A stretch of 64,000 nt of DNA from Eledone cirrhosa (GCA_964016885.1 OZ024743.1:300142001-300206000); one strand, 5' to 3'; positions 12,687-27,599 are shown, counted from the first letter of the stretch. The notes: generated by a model from the letters alone, not told the origin. Made by a program: numbers and translations.

Positions 12687-13880
12687 TATATATATATACT
12701 TAGCATAAGGGGAATCAAGGACAGAGATCAATCATTTATTTTGTTATTGTTTCTGATCTATTCGATTATTCACTGGATGTTCGTGTTAAGAGTAGAGCTG
12801 AGCTGTCAACTGATCGTCTAGTTGTCTTCATCTTGAGTCTATCTACAGCCAAGGACGCCTACAAAACTGGCAGGTCCATGCAGATCTACATCATTAAGGG
12901 GGGAGCATTGGGGGATAATAATGTCAGGACAAGATACTATTGTATCCAATTTCAGAGAACTTCCTGGGCAAACTTAGGATGTTGCGACAGAGAGGAGATT
13001 ATTCAGCGCAGCAGTTTCTGCTTCAGCTGTTAAATACTACCGGTAAAATAGGCTTAGTGTGAAACCGGATGGCAGGAAGACCCCTTGGTTCAATCAAGAA
13101 GTTAAAGGTGCAATCCAAGTAAAGGAGGAGGCTTACAAGCGTGGCTTGGAAATCCGTCCTCTTTCTTGGACTTGATATGCAAGCAAGCATGACGAATCAC
13201 AGCAGAGACAGTAAAGGTGTCCAAAGTTAAGACATGGGAGGATTAGTGGGTTAAGCAGGATTCTGACTTCAGATCAGTAAATAAAGTGTTCTGGCAGACT
13301 ATCCATCGACTTCGTAATAGGAGTCTCTTCACCATAGCTGCTATCAAGGACGCATCTGTGCTTCTTCTCACTTCAGAGCGATGCATTCTTGCGAGGTGGA
13401 GAGAATACATTGCTATTCTCATAGACCCGATCACAACAGCATATTCTGATTTATAGTAGGTGCATTAGGGAGCGATGACAATCTTTCAAATGCAGTCACA
13501 AGAGCAGTTAAACAGCTCAAATGTGGCAAGGCCACTGGGAAGATGAAATCTGATCCGAGAGGCTAGAAGCCTTAAATAGAGACGGCAATATGTGTCTGAC
13601 ACACGTGTGCCGGGTGGCCTGGATCTATGGCAAGGCACATAAGCAATGACAATCGGGAGTGATAATCCTAATTTTTAGAAAGAGAGACAAGAGAGATTGT
13701 TCCAATTACTGGGGCATCTCCTTGTTTAACCTCCCCGGGAATGTCTATGCTAAGTGTCAGGCAAAGAGTTGCAGGGATACTGACGTGAAAAGCTAGCTGA
13801 AGAACATTGTAGTTTTCGCACCACACGCAGCACAGCCGACCAAATATTCACACTGCAGCAGATTTTGAGAAATCGTAGGA
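12120..13880 (+). mobile_element. Decayed RTE-clade LINE (endonuclease to RT N-terminus), interrupted by (TA)n at about 12616-12698
   Basis: GTWNI; DVNTHV..WKGVIGRN..NTNGKALLDFCSSNGLAIMN; KRDKRDCSNYWGISL; RSTADQIFTLQQI. Confidence 0.85.
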
Positions 13881-13929
13881 TAATTAATGACAATGAAATA
13901 AAAGAACATCGTGCCTAAGGAACATATAA

Positions 13930-14420
13930 ACTAGTATTTATACGTTAAAATGGATGTAAAGTTATCCAGCTGATTAATGAGAGCAGAAATTATAAATGGT
14001 TGCATTTTTAAGCCAAAATTAGTGGCATAAAATTCCTGACTAGCAGCATGAAAACTTGTTTGATTCAAGGTATGGATGTTACAGGTAATGAACACTGATT
14101 TAAATTGTTGTTGAGAATTCGTTGTTGAACACCTGATAGATGACCTGACATGCGAACATGATTTACTCACAATGATTTTATCGAACATTTGTTAACAGAA
14201 ATCACTCAATAAAATTCCATCAGCTTTTAATTTTGTGCTTATTGATTTGTGAATATTAACAGTTCCATTTTCATATATTTCTATGCAATCAATAAACAAC
14301 AATTTTAATTCTCCGTTTCTTGTCTCAAAATTAACATCAACAAACAGAATCGCTTGGGCCAATTGCTCATCTTTGCCTGAAGAAAACACTGAATCAAGCA
14401 GATTTCCAGAATATGTACTG
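13930..14420 (-). pseudogene. hAT-family transposase remnant
   Basis: DEQLAQAILFV, GVQQRIL-like and FITCNIHTLN (CxxH-LNL) motifs across ORFs 14192..14389 and 13931..14188. Confidence 0.55.
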
Positions 14421-15147
14421 CTCCGAGTTGATTACAAACACTATATGCTCACGTGACTCCATCTCATGTGTAAACCTATATGGGATTTCAGGAAAAAAGA
14501 TGAAATGTTAGTTTGCTTTTATAATTGTTAAACGATCTAACATTAGAGCACCATACATTGCCAATAACTACAAATTAGATAGGAAATGTCAGAGTATTTG
14601 TTTAAGAAGACGTTCTCAGAAAGAACACGAAATGCAAGAAATGTTGAAGCTAAGATTTGTTTTTTATAATTACAAAACAGTCGCTGTGAATGTCTCTATT
14701 CACTATAATCCTGTTGAGTTACTCTTTGTAACACATCCCCGATGCTAGTTCCGGATTAAGGGCCCGATTCAACTGTACTGCTTCTTGCGTTCCTTTCGAT
14801 TAAATTTCCCATGTTTCATATGAATATGAAAAGCTTTTAGTTTCCCTCAGTATATCATATTCACATAGAACATTGTAATTCATCATTCATTCATTATTTG
14901 TATAACATCTATTCATAATGCACGTAAGTGAAATACAAATGCATAAATGCACCCATGGTACAACTGGGAACCAATCAGTGTTGTAAACTGCTTAAAACGT
15001 GTAAGAATTGTTCTCTGTATCAATAGAGTATTATTCGTTCGAAGTTATTGATTCGCGGAACTATTCGAAATCAAATTTATACACCTTTTGGAGGTGTATA
15101 AAATAACTTCCCTTAGTGTTATTCATAATACACTTGTAAACACAACA

Positions 15148-15569
<422 letters not shown>

Positions 15570-15951
15570 GGAAACGATATTGCGGTATAACCCTTTCAAT
15601 TGATGTATGGACCGAAGATTAAACACAGCCCTTTTGTGTAACGGAAGAAGCATCTCTTGGAGTCTCAAATGACACGTTTGAAAAACAAATAATATAAAAT
15701 ATATAATAAAATGAATACAGTAATTTGAATGACAGTTCATTTCACGACCGATGTTAGGTAATAATGTGTATAAACATCACAGATGTTGAAATTCTAATAA
15801 TTTATAACAATTTCCTACACACATACACATATACAGGTACACACACATACAAACACATGCACATACACACACATGCAAACACATGCAAACACACACAGTC
15901 ACATACACACACACACACACGCATACACACACACACATATATATATATATT

Positions 15952-16090
15952 AGGTGAATGAGAACGTTGGATTAAATGCTCTGTAGTACATTTCCAGGCT
16001 CAGCAATATGAACTCAAATCTCACCGAGGTATACTTTGGTTTTCGTCCTTTCGAAGACCATAAAAATATGCAAGGCTAATACTGCTGTCC
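15952..16090 (+). mobile_element. Degenerate Nin/Deu-domain SINE copy
   Basis: tcaaatctcaccgaggttatactttggttttcgtcctttcg resembles the copy at 19922. Confidence 0.5.
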
Positions 16091-16315
16091 ATTGTTCTTG
16101 TATATCTGTTTCATATTTCGTTATGATTCATTCTCTATCCTTGTCTGGAGGAAATCTGCTGTACTCAGATCTGGTGTAGAGATAGGCATCTCTTAAAAAT
16201 CTCCACTTCCAACGCCATATATCACTCTATTGTCACTACGATTCTACCAAAGGTTAACCGTACACATACACACACACTACATACATACATACATATACAT
16301 ACATACATATATATA

Positions 16316-16538
16316 AATTTCGTGTTTCTAAAGAAATATAGTTTAGGAAGCTGTATCTATGCAAACACCGGAGCTAACGCCCTCTCGTTGTGGCCAGCAG
16401 AAGCAAGGGGGACAACCGTCTATGCACTTCAGGCTTGACTGGCATTCGTAGGTAAGGTCCCTCCTACCGCTAGCTACTGCAGGGCTTCTGAAATGCATAG
16501 ACGGTTTTATAATGCTATGCTTGAAGAGAAATCTTATT

Positions 16539-16545
<7 letters not shown>
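16316..16545 (-). mobile_element. Fragment of HHR family E (same family as 18180-18846) with a degenerate core
   Basis: Reverse complement of about 18705-18846, plus a fold-back gaaatgcatagacgg. Confidence 0.75.
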
Positions 16546-16588
<43 letters not shown>

Positions 16589-16810
16589 GTAAGTATGTAT
16601 GTATACGCACATACATATATGTATACAGACGTACAGTAGTATGTATATATACACATACATGCACACATATATATATATATGCACGTATCGGTTTACCGAA
16701 CATTTATTATAATGCTCGGTTTGTTTGTTTGTAAACAAACAAACAGCCCGAATTACGCCGTACAGTGTTTAGACAACCACGTCACCTTTTTGTTCAACAC
16801 TGACACAGGA

Positions 16811-16853
16811 ACGATGTACTAGTTTCTAGCTTATTAGCTATCGTCAGCATCGT
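16811..16853 (-). ncRNA. Type-I minimal hammerhead ribozyme (family Y) between direct repeats 16585-16722 and 17029-17263
   Basis: Minus strand: ACGATG-CTGACGA-TAGCT AATA AGCTA-GAAA-CTAG-TA-CATCGT; all stems pair. Confidence 0.9.
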
Positions 16854-17083
16854 ATACCTTCCTGCCAGATGGTTGAACGTCTGAAAGTATATACTTTCCA
16901 TATGCATATTAACGGCTGAGCAACCTAATTTGCATATCGAGTGAGTTAAGTCGGCCGGGCACACCGAAAACGATAAATGGAATAGAATAAACGAAATTTC
17001 ATTTCTCACTCTTAGTACGGCACTTAGTTAAATGTAAGTATGCATGTACACGTACATATATATATGTATACAGACCTACAGTA

Positions 17084-17184
<101 letters not shown>

Positions 17185-17299
17185 CATACATGCACATATA
17201 TATATATATATATATATATATGCACGTATCGGTTTACCGAACATTTATTATAATGCTCGGTTTTTATGTTTCGAATGAAACAGTCCTGTAGACGCCTTT

Positions 17300-17937
17300 A
17301 TTATTTGGTCTATACGTTCGTATGTGTGCGGTACAGGCGTTGTGTGGGTACTATATCTGCGTGTGTGTTTTTTATTTTATTTTATTTTAATATTTTATTT
17401 TTTGGTGTACATGCTACTATTTGCATACCCATGGGGAGTGTTTTCGCGCATGATTGTGTATGTACGTATATGGATGTGTGTATATATATATATTTAATTT
17501 CAATTACCTTTTTATATTATTTATTCAATTCTTAACTCTGAAGCCGAGAATCATCCGTTTTCCTAAATAGAATGTTAATCTACGACGTCAGTTATGCTAT
17601 TTATGTGGTTTTGTCTTCGCGTGTAATTGTTTTCACTGCACAAATAATGAAGTATTATCTTCGATTTTTCCGTTCTTTGCCAGGGAACGTTCCCACGAAC
17701 CAAAGTATCGTGTTCCTGTCTTCCTTCGGTTGCAACGTTTTTTGAAATATTTACTTCTGCGTTCACAGATGACTTTTCTAGTTTCAGAAGATCCCGTTAA
17801 GTGTGAACGCAGCGATTCTTTGCTTAAACTTTAATCTGTTATTTTAATAAATATTTGCTCTACAGTTCTTATATATCTGATATATATTTTTAAAAATCGA
17901 GCCCTCTTTGGATTTTAATCTTCAAATTTATAATTAT

Positions 17938-17992
<55 letters not shown>

Positions 17993-18092
17993 TATATGAA
18001 ACAGATTAAAGTTTAAGCAAAGAATCGCTGCTTTCACCCTTATCCTTATCAAGTTGTCTTTGTATTTTACTCTTCAAATTTATTTGTATTAC
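17300..18092 (+). mobile_element. Solo 3' region/pLTR of PLE family B, plus rearranged pLTR fragments at 17999-18092
   Basis: 17575-17940 aligns with 9110-9480. Confidence 0.85.
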
Positions 18093-18380
18093 TATATATA
18101 TATATATATATATATATATTTTTTTAATATAGAAAGGCTTCTAAAGGGCTAGAACTGTTCGGTAGAAATCATCAGGATTATTATAAAGCTATGCTTGAAG
18201 AGAAATTTTATGTCTTTTATATATATATATAAGAAAAAATATTTCTCTTCAAGCATAGCTTTATAAAATATGTAGAGAAATTTCGTATTTCTAAAGAAAT
18301 ACGGTTTTACGAAGCCATAACTATGCAAACACCGGCGCTATGCATTTCAGAAGTCCAGCAGTAGCAAGCGGTGGGAGGGA

Positions 18381-18422
18381 CCGTCCTGACGAAGGACAGT
18401 CAAGCCTGAAATGCATAGACGG
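18381..18422 (+). ncRNA. Type-I minimal hammerhead ribozyme (family E), first of two tandem copies
   Basis: CCGTC-CTGACGA-AGG..CCT-GAAA-TGCA-TA-GACGG. Confidence 0.9.
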
Positions 18423-18702
18423 TTGTCCCCGTTGCTTCTTCTGGACACCACAAGAGGGCCTTAGCCCCAGTGTTTGTATAGCTACAGCTTCCTAAAACCG
18501 CATTTCTTTAGAAATACAAAATTGCTATACATATTGTATAAAGCTATGCTTGAAGCGAAATCTTATTTCTTTTCTATTATAAGCTGAGCCAACTTATGCA
18601 GCTTCATATGCAAATGAGATTAATCACCTCATTTTCATAGAGGAGAAAACTATATATTCTCGACTGTTTTCATGTCCAGCAGTCGCTGAGTAGTAGGAGG
18701 CA

Positions 18703-18744
18703 CCCTCCTGACGAAGGCCAGTCAAGCCTGAAATACATAGACGG
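18703..18744 (+). ncRNA. Type-I hammerhead ribozyme (family E), second tandem copy
   Basis: CCCTC-CTGACGA-AGGC..GCCT-GAAA-TACA-TA-GACGG. Confidence 0.8.
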
Positions 18745-18842
18745 TTGTCCCCCTTGCTTCTGCTGGCCACAACGAGAGGGCATTAGCCCAGGTGTTTGCA
18801 TAGCTACAGCTTCCTAAAACTGTATTTACTTAGAAATACGAA

Positions 18843-19572
<730 letters not shown>

Positions 19573-19921
19573 AATAAATCAATAAAAATACAAACCTGTA
19601 GGTTTGTTATTTTTATTGATTTATTATTTTAAATCGCGACAGGCAAACCGTATTATATTAATTAGTATTTTTCAACCTAGCTAACTTGGTCGTTTGCAAT
19701 GCGAACACATGTATACTTGTATCAGTGTTCACGCCTATCATATATTCATTTGTATTACACGGCTCGAAAACATTCATTTCTTTGAGCTATTTAATTGTAA
19801 AATACTATTTGAGTATATAATCGCTGCTTTCACACTTATCCCTATCGAGCCCCCTTTAGATTTTAGTCTTCAAATTTATTATTAATACTATATATATATT
19901 TACTATATATATATTTATTAA

Positions 19922-20110
19922 GGGCGGTGGATTGGCAGTATCGGTAGAGGGTCGGATGCCATGCTTTCCAGCATAGTTACGTTCCTTTACGATCTGATTT
20001 CAAATCCCGCCGAGGTTGACTTTGCTTTCATCCTTACGGGGTCGATAAAATAAAGTACCAGTAATGCACTGGGTAATTGCTGGCCGTGTGCCTAAAGTAG
20101 AAACAATTAC
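19922..20110 (+). mobile_element. tRNA-derived SINE with Nin/Deu-like core
   Basis: A/B-box-like head (tggcagtatcggtag; ttcaaatcc) and core gccgaggttgactttgctttcatccttacggggtcgataaaataaagtacc; at least five copies in the window. Confidence 0.85.
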
Positions 20111-20128
20111 TATATATATATATATATT

Positions 20129-20248
20129 TTAATATAGAAAGGCTTCTACAAGACTAGAATTGTTTCATTCGGTAGAAATCATCAGAAAGCCCTGATTATT
20201 TCTCCCGAAGGAAACAATTCTAGTCCCGTAGAAGCCTTTCTATATTAA
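20129..20248. repeat. Fold-back element family D with HHR-like core; related copies at 18123-18176 and 62611-62736
   Basis: Arms 20129-20185 and 20192-20248; CTGATGA-T TTC..GAA T-GAAA core; stems I and III unclear. Confidence 0.65.
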
Positions 20249-20450
20249 TATATATATATAGTAATAATAATAAATTTGAAGACTAAAATCCAAAGGGGGC
20301 TCGATAGGAATAAGTGTGAAAGCAGTGATTATATACTCAAATATATTAAATATGTTTACTCTGTTTTGTATTGAATACCTTACTTACTGTGGTTACCCCC
20401 GATTGAAACCGAGATAAAAATATCCAATATATATATATATATATATATAT

Positions 20451-22995
20451 AACGAAGGAGTTGTGGTAAGGAACCAGATGGACCATAACGCACCAGCGTA
20501 CTCAATACTTATGGTAGTAGAGTGGGTAATAGGAAAATGTATGACTCTGGCGGCATAGCTCAAGTCGTTGCGTTGGCTATTTCTTGATTTAATCAGAATT
20601 TTTAGCCTGGTAAATAAATAGCCGAACGTTTCAAGGGGTATTTCCTTATATGGGAATATTGTAGTTGTCAAGATGATTGGTCAACATTTCTTGTAAACAC
20701 AATTAAGTATATCATGACAGTGGTTGGGTGGTGGGGGTGGATGACTTGTCTGTAGAGCAATGAGGGAGTGGGTGGAGCCGGTCAAGCGTTGAAAGTGAAA
20801 TCTATACAGCAAATTCTAAGGATTGTGTATGAAAGTAGGCCAGAGGATGCAGGCGAAAAAGGGTTCTAGAGAAAATAGAGGAGGGACGTTATAGAATAGG
20901 TAAATCAATTGAGATTTGGAGATAATAAAAAAAATAATAGAAAGATATATAAAAATATAAAATTGGATAGTAAGAAGTGATAAAAAACAAACACCGTGGA
21001 GTCTAAAACAGCTGCTATATTTAGTTCGTGGTGCTTTTTAAGCCAATGCTATAGAATAGGTTAATACCTTGAGAATAAGTTTGCAGGGTTATTTTAAATC
21101 CAGAGTCCCGAGACTGGGGATTTAAAATAACCCTACAAGCGTCCCTAACTCGAGTCAATTTCCTGGACGTTACCCTCAACCTCGAAAATGATCTGTACTA
21201 CCCATACAGGAAACCAAACGACAACCTGCACTACAACCACCGCCGATCTAACCATCCTAGAAACATCACCAATAACCTGGTTAAACACATCTCCCTCCGC
21301 ATAACTCATTTCTCTGCTAATGAGCAGATATTCGACGAACAATCAGGCCCTCAAGCGAAGCGGCTTCCGGGAGGAAATATCCTTTTATCCAGCTTCCCTT
21401 AGCGGAACCTGCAGGCGACGCCGCCACTCACGTCACGTGACGGGGTTCAACTCTACCCACAATGCCGAGGTGGCAACACCAATTGGGAAAATCTTCTTTG
21501 GGCTCCTCGAAAAACCATTCCCACCACAACACCGCTACCACAACATAATCAACAAAAACACTATCAAACACTCCTACAGCACCACACCGAACTTCGCACA
21601 AAACATCGTCTCCTCAAACAACAAAACACTCAACCCCTATGGAAGAAATAACCTATACATTAGTGGATAGCCGACCAGGAGGTGTAACTGCTCTGATAGA
21701 TCTACGTGCCCCCTCAATAACAGAGAACGTAACGTGATCTACCAGTGAAACGTGAGGACGGACACCTACAACAAAGCTTATATAGGAATAATCGCTTGTG
21801 ACTTTAAGACCCGGCTCTACCAACACCGACATACGTTCCGAAACCCGGTCCGATGACATGCCACTACACTTTCGGGCCACATCTGGGATCTCCAAGATAA
21901 TAACATAACATACAACTTTACTTGGAGCTTACTGTCCAGAGCTAACTCCTACACTGGAGGACGCCGTCCGTGTAACCTATGCTCGGAGGAAACATTACAA
22001 ATGATGTTTACGAAGGACCAACTCCTAAACAAAAAAGACGAACTGGTAACTGCATGCAAACACCAATTGCGTAGGACTTACATCGCCCTCAAACCCTCTA
22101 ATGACCCGGGTGGGTAGACAATGGCTGATCCCACTTGCCGAATAATATAGGGGAAACACCAGCTTACATCGGTACATGTACTTCTTCTTTTCCTCTCTGT
22201 TTTCTTCTTCTTTTTGTCTCCTCACTTCCTTCCACTCCCGATTTTCTTCCTCTTTCTTTTTCCCCCTTTCGCCTACACCGATGCAGCCCATCGGGCCTCT
22301 GTAGCTTCTGTACACCACCCCAGCAAATTACAGATAGTATTGGCCGAAAACGCAATACTAACTAATCATAGTAGCTGTGTTAGACCCCAGAGATTTTGAA
22401 TTACTTTTTGCTACCCCATTCTATAATTTCAAAAATTCTTATTTAGTATCTTCTATTCTCAACTTATTAACCTATTCTATAGCATTGGCTTAAAAAGCAA
22501 CACCAACTAAATATAGCAGCAGTTTTAGACTCCACAGTTTTTGTTTTTTATCACTTCTTAATATCCAATTTTATATTTTTATATATCTTTCTCTTATTAT
22601 TTTATTGTCTCCAAATCTCAATTCATTTACCTATTCTATAACGTCCCTCCTCTATTTTCTCCAGAACCCCTTTACGCCTATTTCCTCTGGCCTACTTTCA
22701 TACACAATCCTTAGAATTTGCTGTTTAGATTTAACTTTCAACACTTGACCGGCTCCACCAACTCCCTCATTGCTCTACAGGCAAGTTCAGCCACAAAACC
22801 TCCCACCGACTGCCATGATAGACTTAATTGTGTTTACAAGAAATGTTGACCAATCATCTTGACAACTACAATCTTCCCATATAAGGAAGTACCCCTTGAA
22901 AAGTTCGGCTATTTATTTAACAGGTTAAACATTATAATCTAGTCCAGAAATAGCCATCGAAACGGCTTGAGCTCTGCCGTCGGGGTCATATATTT
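20451..22995 (+). mobile_element. Penelope-like element family C, 5'-truncated: inverted pLTR 20451-21065, broken RT/GIY-YIG about 21113-22117, pLTR to about 22995
   Basis: NFLDVTL, YRKPN, SNHP, CNCSDRSTCPL and YIG motifs; 20540-21065 is the reverse complement of 22465-22990. Confidence 0.9.
22891..22986 (+). ncRNA. Hammerhead ribozyme of PLE family C with U3-A8 core (TTGAAAA)
   Basis: ACCCC-TTGAAAA-G..GGCTATTT loop AAATAGCC..C-GAAA-CGGC..GCCG-TC-GGGGT. Confidence 0.75.
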
Positions 22996-23756
22996 TCATA
23001 ATATATATAAAACAATATGGATGCAGTAGACACCTATTAGACCATTAATGTCCAGATTACTCGATATTTGGGGTAGTAGAGTTTGGTAATATAGACATCG
23101 TAGTCCTCTGATGTTGACATCTATTTCAATTGCCAGAACACCGGTGATTCAGTTTGGAACTAGTTTTTGAAATGGCAAGAGCTCAGCCATTGCGATCGCG
23201 ACTCTTTCATATATATATATATATTAATTTCAACAATGTCATTATTCCGCGTGTCATAATTCTCGATTATCATAGGTTCAAACTTAAATTAATATGCATA
23301 ATGGCCATGAGGGAGTGAGGGGGAGTGAGCGGCAAAGTGAGCGTTGTGTTTGGATACAGTATGTATTTGTATCAGTGTAGAGACATGTGTGTGTGTGTGA
23401 TGTGTGTGGAAATAAGAAGGGAAGGAAAGCAATAACTATAAACATGTGTGCGTGTGTATGTACGTGAGCCTATGTTTGTGTGTGTGTGCGTGCAGCATTT
23501 CACAGAAACTAAAAACTATCAACATGTGTGAGTGTGTGCGTGTGTGTAAGTGCACAGGTGCGTGTGTAAGTTTGCGTGCGTGTGCGCGTTACCATGCGTG
23601 TATGTGCGTGTACGTGCGGCATTCCACAATCGCCACGCAGTTTATCTGGATGTGTACCTGTCTGTCAGTCTAACGTACACAGTGTTGTGAAAGGAGTAAA
23701 TAGGGACCTTTTTTTACATTGACGGACATCTTTTATATTAATTATCTATATCTATA

Positions 23757-24103
23757 TCTACATATAATATAAAAGATTGGACCTATCATCATCCTTTGGA
23801 GAAACGTGGAACAACCATGTCTATGCAATGATACACGTTTTACAGTCAAGCAGAAGATGAACTATCTCCTAGAGGTCACTATTCTAGGTGGGAGCACCTA
23901 GAATTGTTCATATACTATGCACAAAGGTACAATGAATAATCTGGTATATCTGGAAGATTTTTTTTACTGTTTTTTTGTATCACACAGACACCACGGATTC
24001 ACCTCATTCTGTAACCAGACAAACATCCAATACAGTCATTTTCTCTTTTACCTCTCTTCTCTTATCATCTTTTTACCCGGGCCAAGCTGGGTACGTCAGC
24101 TAG
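23757..24103 (+). mobile_element. Non-autonomous Helitron
   Basis: A|TCTACATATAATATAAAA start; subterminal hairpin ACCCGG..CTGGGT (24075-24092); CTAG|T end. Confidence 0.7.
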
Positions 24104-25006
24104 TATATTTATATTCTTAGAACATTGAACTTACAAGCACATTTTGCTCTAACAGATTAATGGATGTTTCATAATCATTGCTCTGTATGCTTCAATCTGC
24201 AGTCTTACTTGGATTTAATTGCATAAATTCAGCGATTTTCAGAATATTTTGCTTTGCAATGTAACTTCAATAGATAACTTCTATTTACATCAACATTTAG
24301 AGAGTTATGAATGAATATGCAACTAGAAAATGTCTGAACCACTGCTTCGATATGTATGTGGCCGAACGGACGAGGAAAAGTGTCCTCACATTGTTTTAGT
24401 GACCTGTGTATGTAAAGGGTAGTATAATTTGTCCTAATAATTCAAGACAATTTCCCATGTGGGTTATTCATCAAATACATATTTTTTCAGGAAAAATAAA
24501 GTAAAATATATACGATTTAATTGAAGCACCGATTTCACAGGGCATGCATAGTATTATTTAAGAAACATTTATTTACACATACCTATTCTATGTTTGGTTT
24601 AAATCTAGTGAAATCTCAAGAGAAAACAGAAAATAAAACAGAAACATCAGAGTGAACCCTAATTGCACTGCTCTACCGAATAACATTTACTTAACACTAT
24701 TTTATTCTATTATTACGTAGTAAATCAATACAAGTAAAATATTGATACGTTATGACATGAGCATATTTAGTGAATTTCGGTTTTGTATGAGCGCACTTGT
24801 GTCTATACGTTTGTGTACATCCGTTTATATGTGTGCCTGAAAGTGTTATCATGATTTTGCAAAGAAAATAAAAGTTTCGCAATGTCTTTCAAAACGAATA
24901 AATAAGATCCATTTCCATCGATTCTTTCCATTGTTTGTTCTCTTACTGTAATATTCGAAAAGCTTTCAAATATTGCAGCAAAGAAAGAACCCCCCCCCAC
25001 CCCCAC

Positions 25007-25051
<45 letters not shown>

Positions 25052-25055
<4 letters not shown>

Positions 25056-27316
25056 GCAGCATGGTGTATACATGTTATTGAGACACGAGTAACATAATAA
25101 TGACGTCAACAGCAGAAATTAGAGATGGAATGTATGTTTATTTTTGTTGTAGCACAAATAATGTTGGTTAACTTGTATGGTTGAAGTTACACATAAAATG
25201 AGGTTACAAAAGGGAATGTGCCATTGCGCCGGAAAGCCGGCAGGCCAAGGTGCAAAATCTTACCGTCACATGTACGTGTTGCTGGTTCGAAGTTCCTGGT
25301 GCGAGAGGAAGATTCTTCAAATCTTCGCGGGGAATTTCTACCTCAAGACGCGTAGGGATACATCCTCTTCTACTGGCGCTGATTGGCTGAGCCTAGCCAA
25401 ATCACGCACAGAGAATGTATGTGAGCCCGCGGAATGTAGGTCACTCAATACTCCCCTTCTAGACGGAAGTCGATACAGATTATTGAATCAGCAAGAACAA
25501 AATGCTGAAAGAGCACATCAGTGAAAAAATAATTGAGCAGAAGGATGCATGCAAAAAAAAACATGAGGCGCTAAGGGCTGTGTTGAGCCGCTGTGTCAAA
25601 TGACTAGCTGTTTTGTAGTTTATACGTAACCACCAAAGGTCTAACAGAAAACGAATAAAGTCTGACATGGGCGAAGTTGCTGTTCTTGCATTAAATGTTA
25701 ATGGTAAGTGTTGTACCAGTAGCTGTGGATGAAGCTATTATGGTAGTTTATCAGTGCTGGCAAGAAGATGATGGGTAGGCGAGAAAATGTTGGCCTCCCA
25801 GATGTATTGCCGAATGTGCTAGGGAGCCAGGAAATGGCTGGTTGCTTTGAAGCGAAAAAAAGCAAGTTGAATCTGTAGGTGGGTTGCAGTGTAAATTCCA
25901 TAATTCGGGCATATCCACAGGAGTGGTGGAAATGCTGACAAGTCTAGTTCTATTTGATGTTTTCCCAGTGAGTCGGGTAAGGTAATAAGATGGAGGTTTT
26001 TATGGACGATGAATGTGCAACGAGATGCGAAACTGTTTCAGTTCAGCCGCAATTAGCATTCTCGGTTGCGGTGTCTGTTTGAATCCAGGTGAATTAAGCT
26101 CTATGAGTCGCTAGCATGTGACGGCACCTCAACCAGGTGAAAAGGGATCTCGCAGAATATTACGTTTGAAGAACATATACTAAGAACAACATGTTGGTAG
26201 GTGACAAAGAAATGTATGCATATGCAGGCATGTAAAACAGCAAAGAATGTGAATGAATAAAAACCATGAGCAAGCAAATAGCAAAAGAGCACAAAACAAG
26301 TAAATGCATGCATATTACAAAGAAATATGTGAATGTAACAAACTGGTAATTCAAAGTCAATATAAGGGAGCAGAGAAATAAATGCTCAATTATAAGTTCA
26401 AAGTTTTTCAAAGTCAAATAGTTCACATATCACCAGTGTACAGACTTTCTGACACGAGTTCTATCTGAAAACTGAAAAAGAAGTTTGTTAATGCCACTAG
26501 GGGTTAGATGTATATTGTTTTTGAGAGTTTTCGTGGCCATTTTACCGTCCTGCCACCTTGTGTGACATAAGGTTGTGTTGCTTGTTTGTATTGCAGGAAG
26601 CCGTTTCGAAAGAAAAAAAATGTCTCCGGGCTATAATTTTGAAAATACATGTGAAAGCATAGAAGTAAACAATATGATGTGTGGTGGTTGCGTCGGTAAG
26701 GCTATGAAGCTGCCATATCACTATTCCCTGTTGTTGGTTAGTGGTTAAACAATGTTGTCGTTGCTGCTGCTGCTGTTGTTGTTGTTGATTGTAGACAGGA
26801 CTTGTCGGTAGCCATTTTGAAATTTCCTCGTGGTGAAAAGTTTTTGAAATACTGCTAATTTTTTAAAAATTTTAGAAGGAATATTTTGTATTTAAAATAT
26901 TCCTCACATCAGGTCACCAATTTAGCAGCATGGATTATAAATGTTATTGAGACACGAGTAACATAATAATGACGTCAACAGCAGAAATTAAAGATGAAAT
27001 GTAGTTTATTTTTGTTGTAGCACAAATAATGTTGGTTAACTTGTATGGTTGAAGTTACACATAGAATGAGGTTACAAAAGGGAATGTGCCATTTCGCCGG
27101 AAAGCCGGCAGGCCAAGGTGCATAATCTCACCGTCACATGTACGTGTTGCTGGTTCGAAGTTCCTGGTGCGAGAGGAAGATTCTTCAAATCTTCGCGGGG
27201 AATTTCTCCCTCAGGACGCGTAGGGATACATCCTCTTCTGCTGGCGCTGATTGACTGAGCTGAGCCAAATCACGCACAGAGAATGTATGTGAGCCCGCGG
27301 AATGTAGGTCACTACA
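25052..27316 (-). mobile_element. Non-autonomous LTR retrotransposon: LTRs 25052-25447 and 26921-27316, non-coding interior
   Basis: Direct repeats of about 396 bp; 5' LTR starts TGTAGTG; PBS TGGTGACCTGATGTGA at 26904-26919; PPT AGAAGGGGAG at about 25450-25460; TATA flanks. Confidence 0.85.
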
Positions 27317-27421
27317 TATATATAAGAGATTGCAACATGAATGGACATGTTATTTTTCTCTAAAAACATTTTTCCAATTACACCGCACCCGTCCATTCAA
27401 ACTTTCTAATTTCTCCTTTTA

Positions 27422-27542
27422 TTTTCTGAAGAAGCACTAGCGTCCGAAACATTAATACCCTCTTCCTGCTATTTCAAGCGTTAACTTAATACATTCCTTC
27501 CATATACTGTACCGGTTGTGTTCTTATGTCTGTTTATCTTTT
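27422..27542 (+). mobile_element. Short pLTR-like remnant with degenerate HHR core
   Basis: CTGAAGA..GAAA at 27426-27449 with weak stems; ends at (CA)n(TA)n. Confidence 0.4.
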
Positions 27543-27599
27543 ACACACACATACACACACACACACACACACGCACACACACACGCACACGCACGCACA

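Noticed and set aside
19922-20010. tRNA genes at SINE heads (also 63827)
   Set aside because: No complete cloverleaf; heads continue into SINE cores
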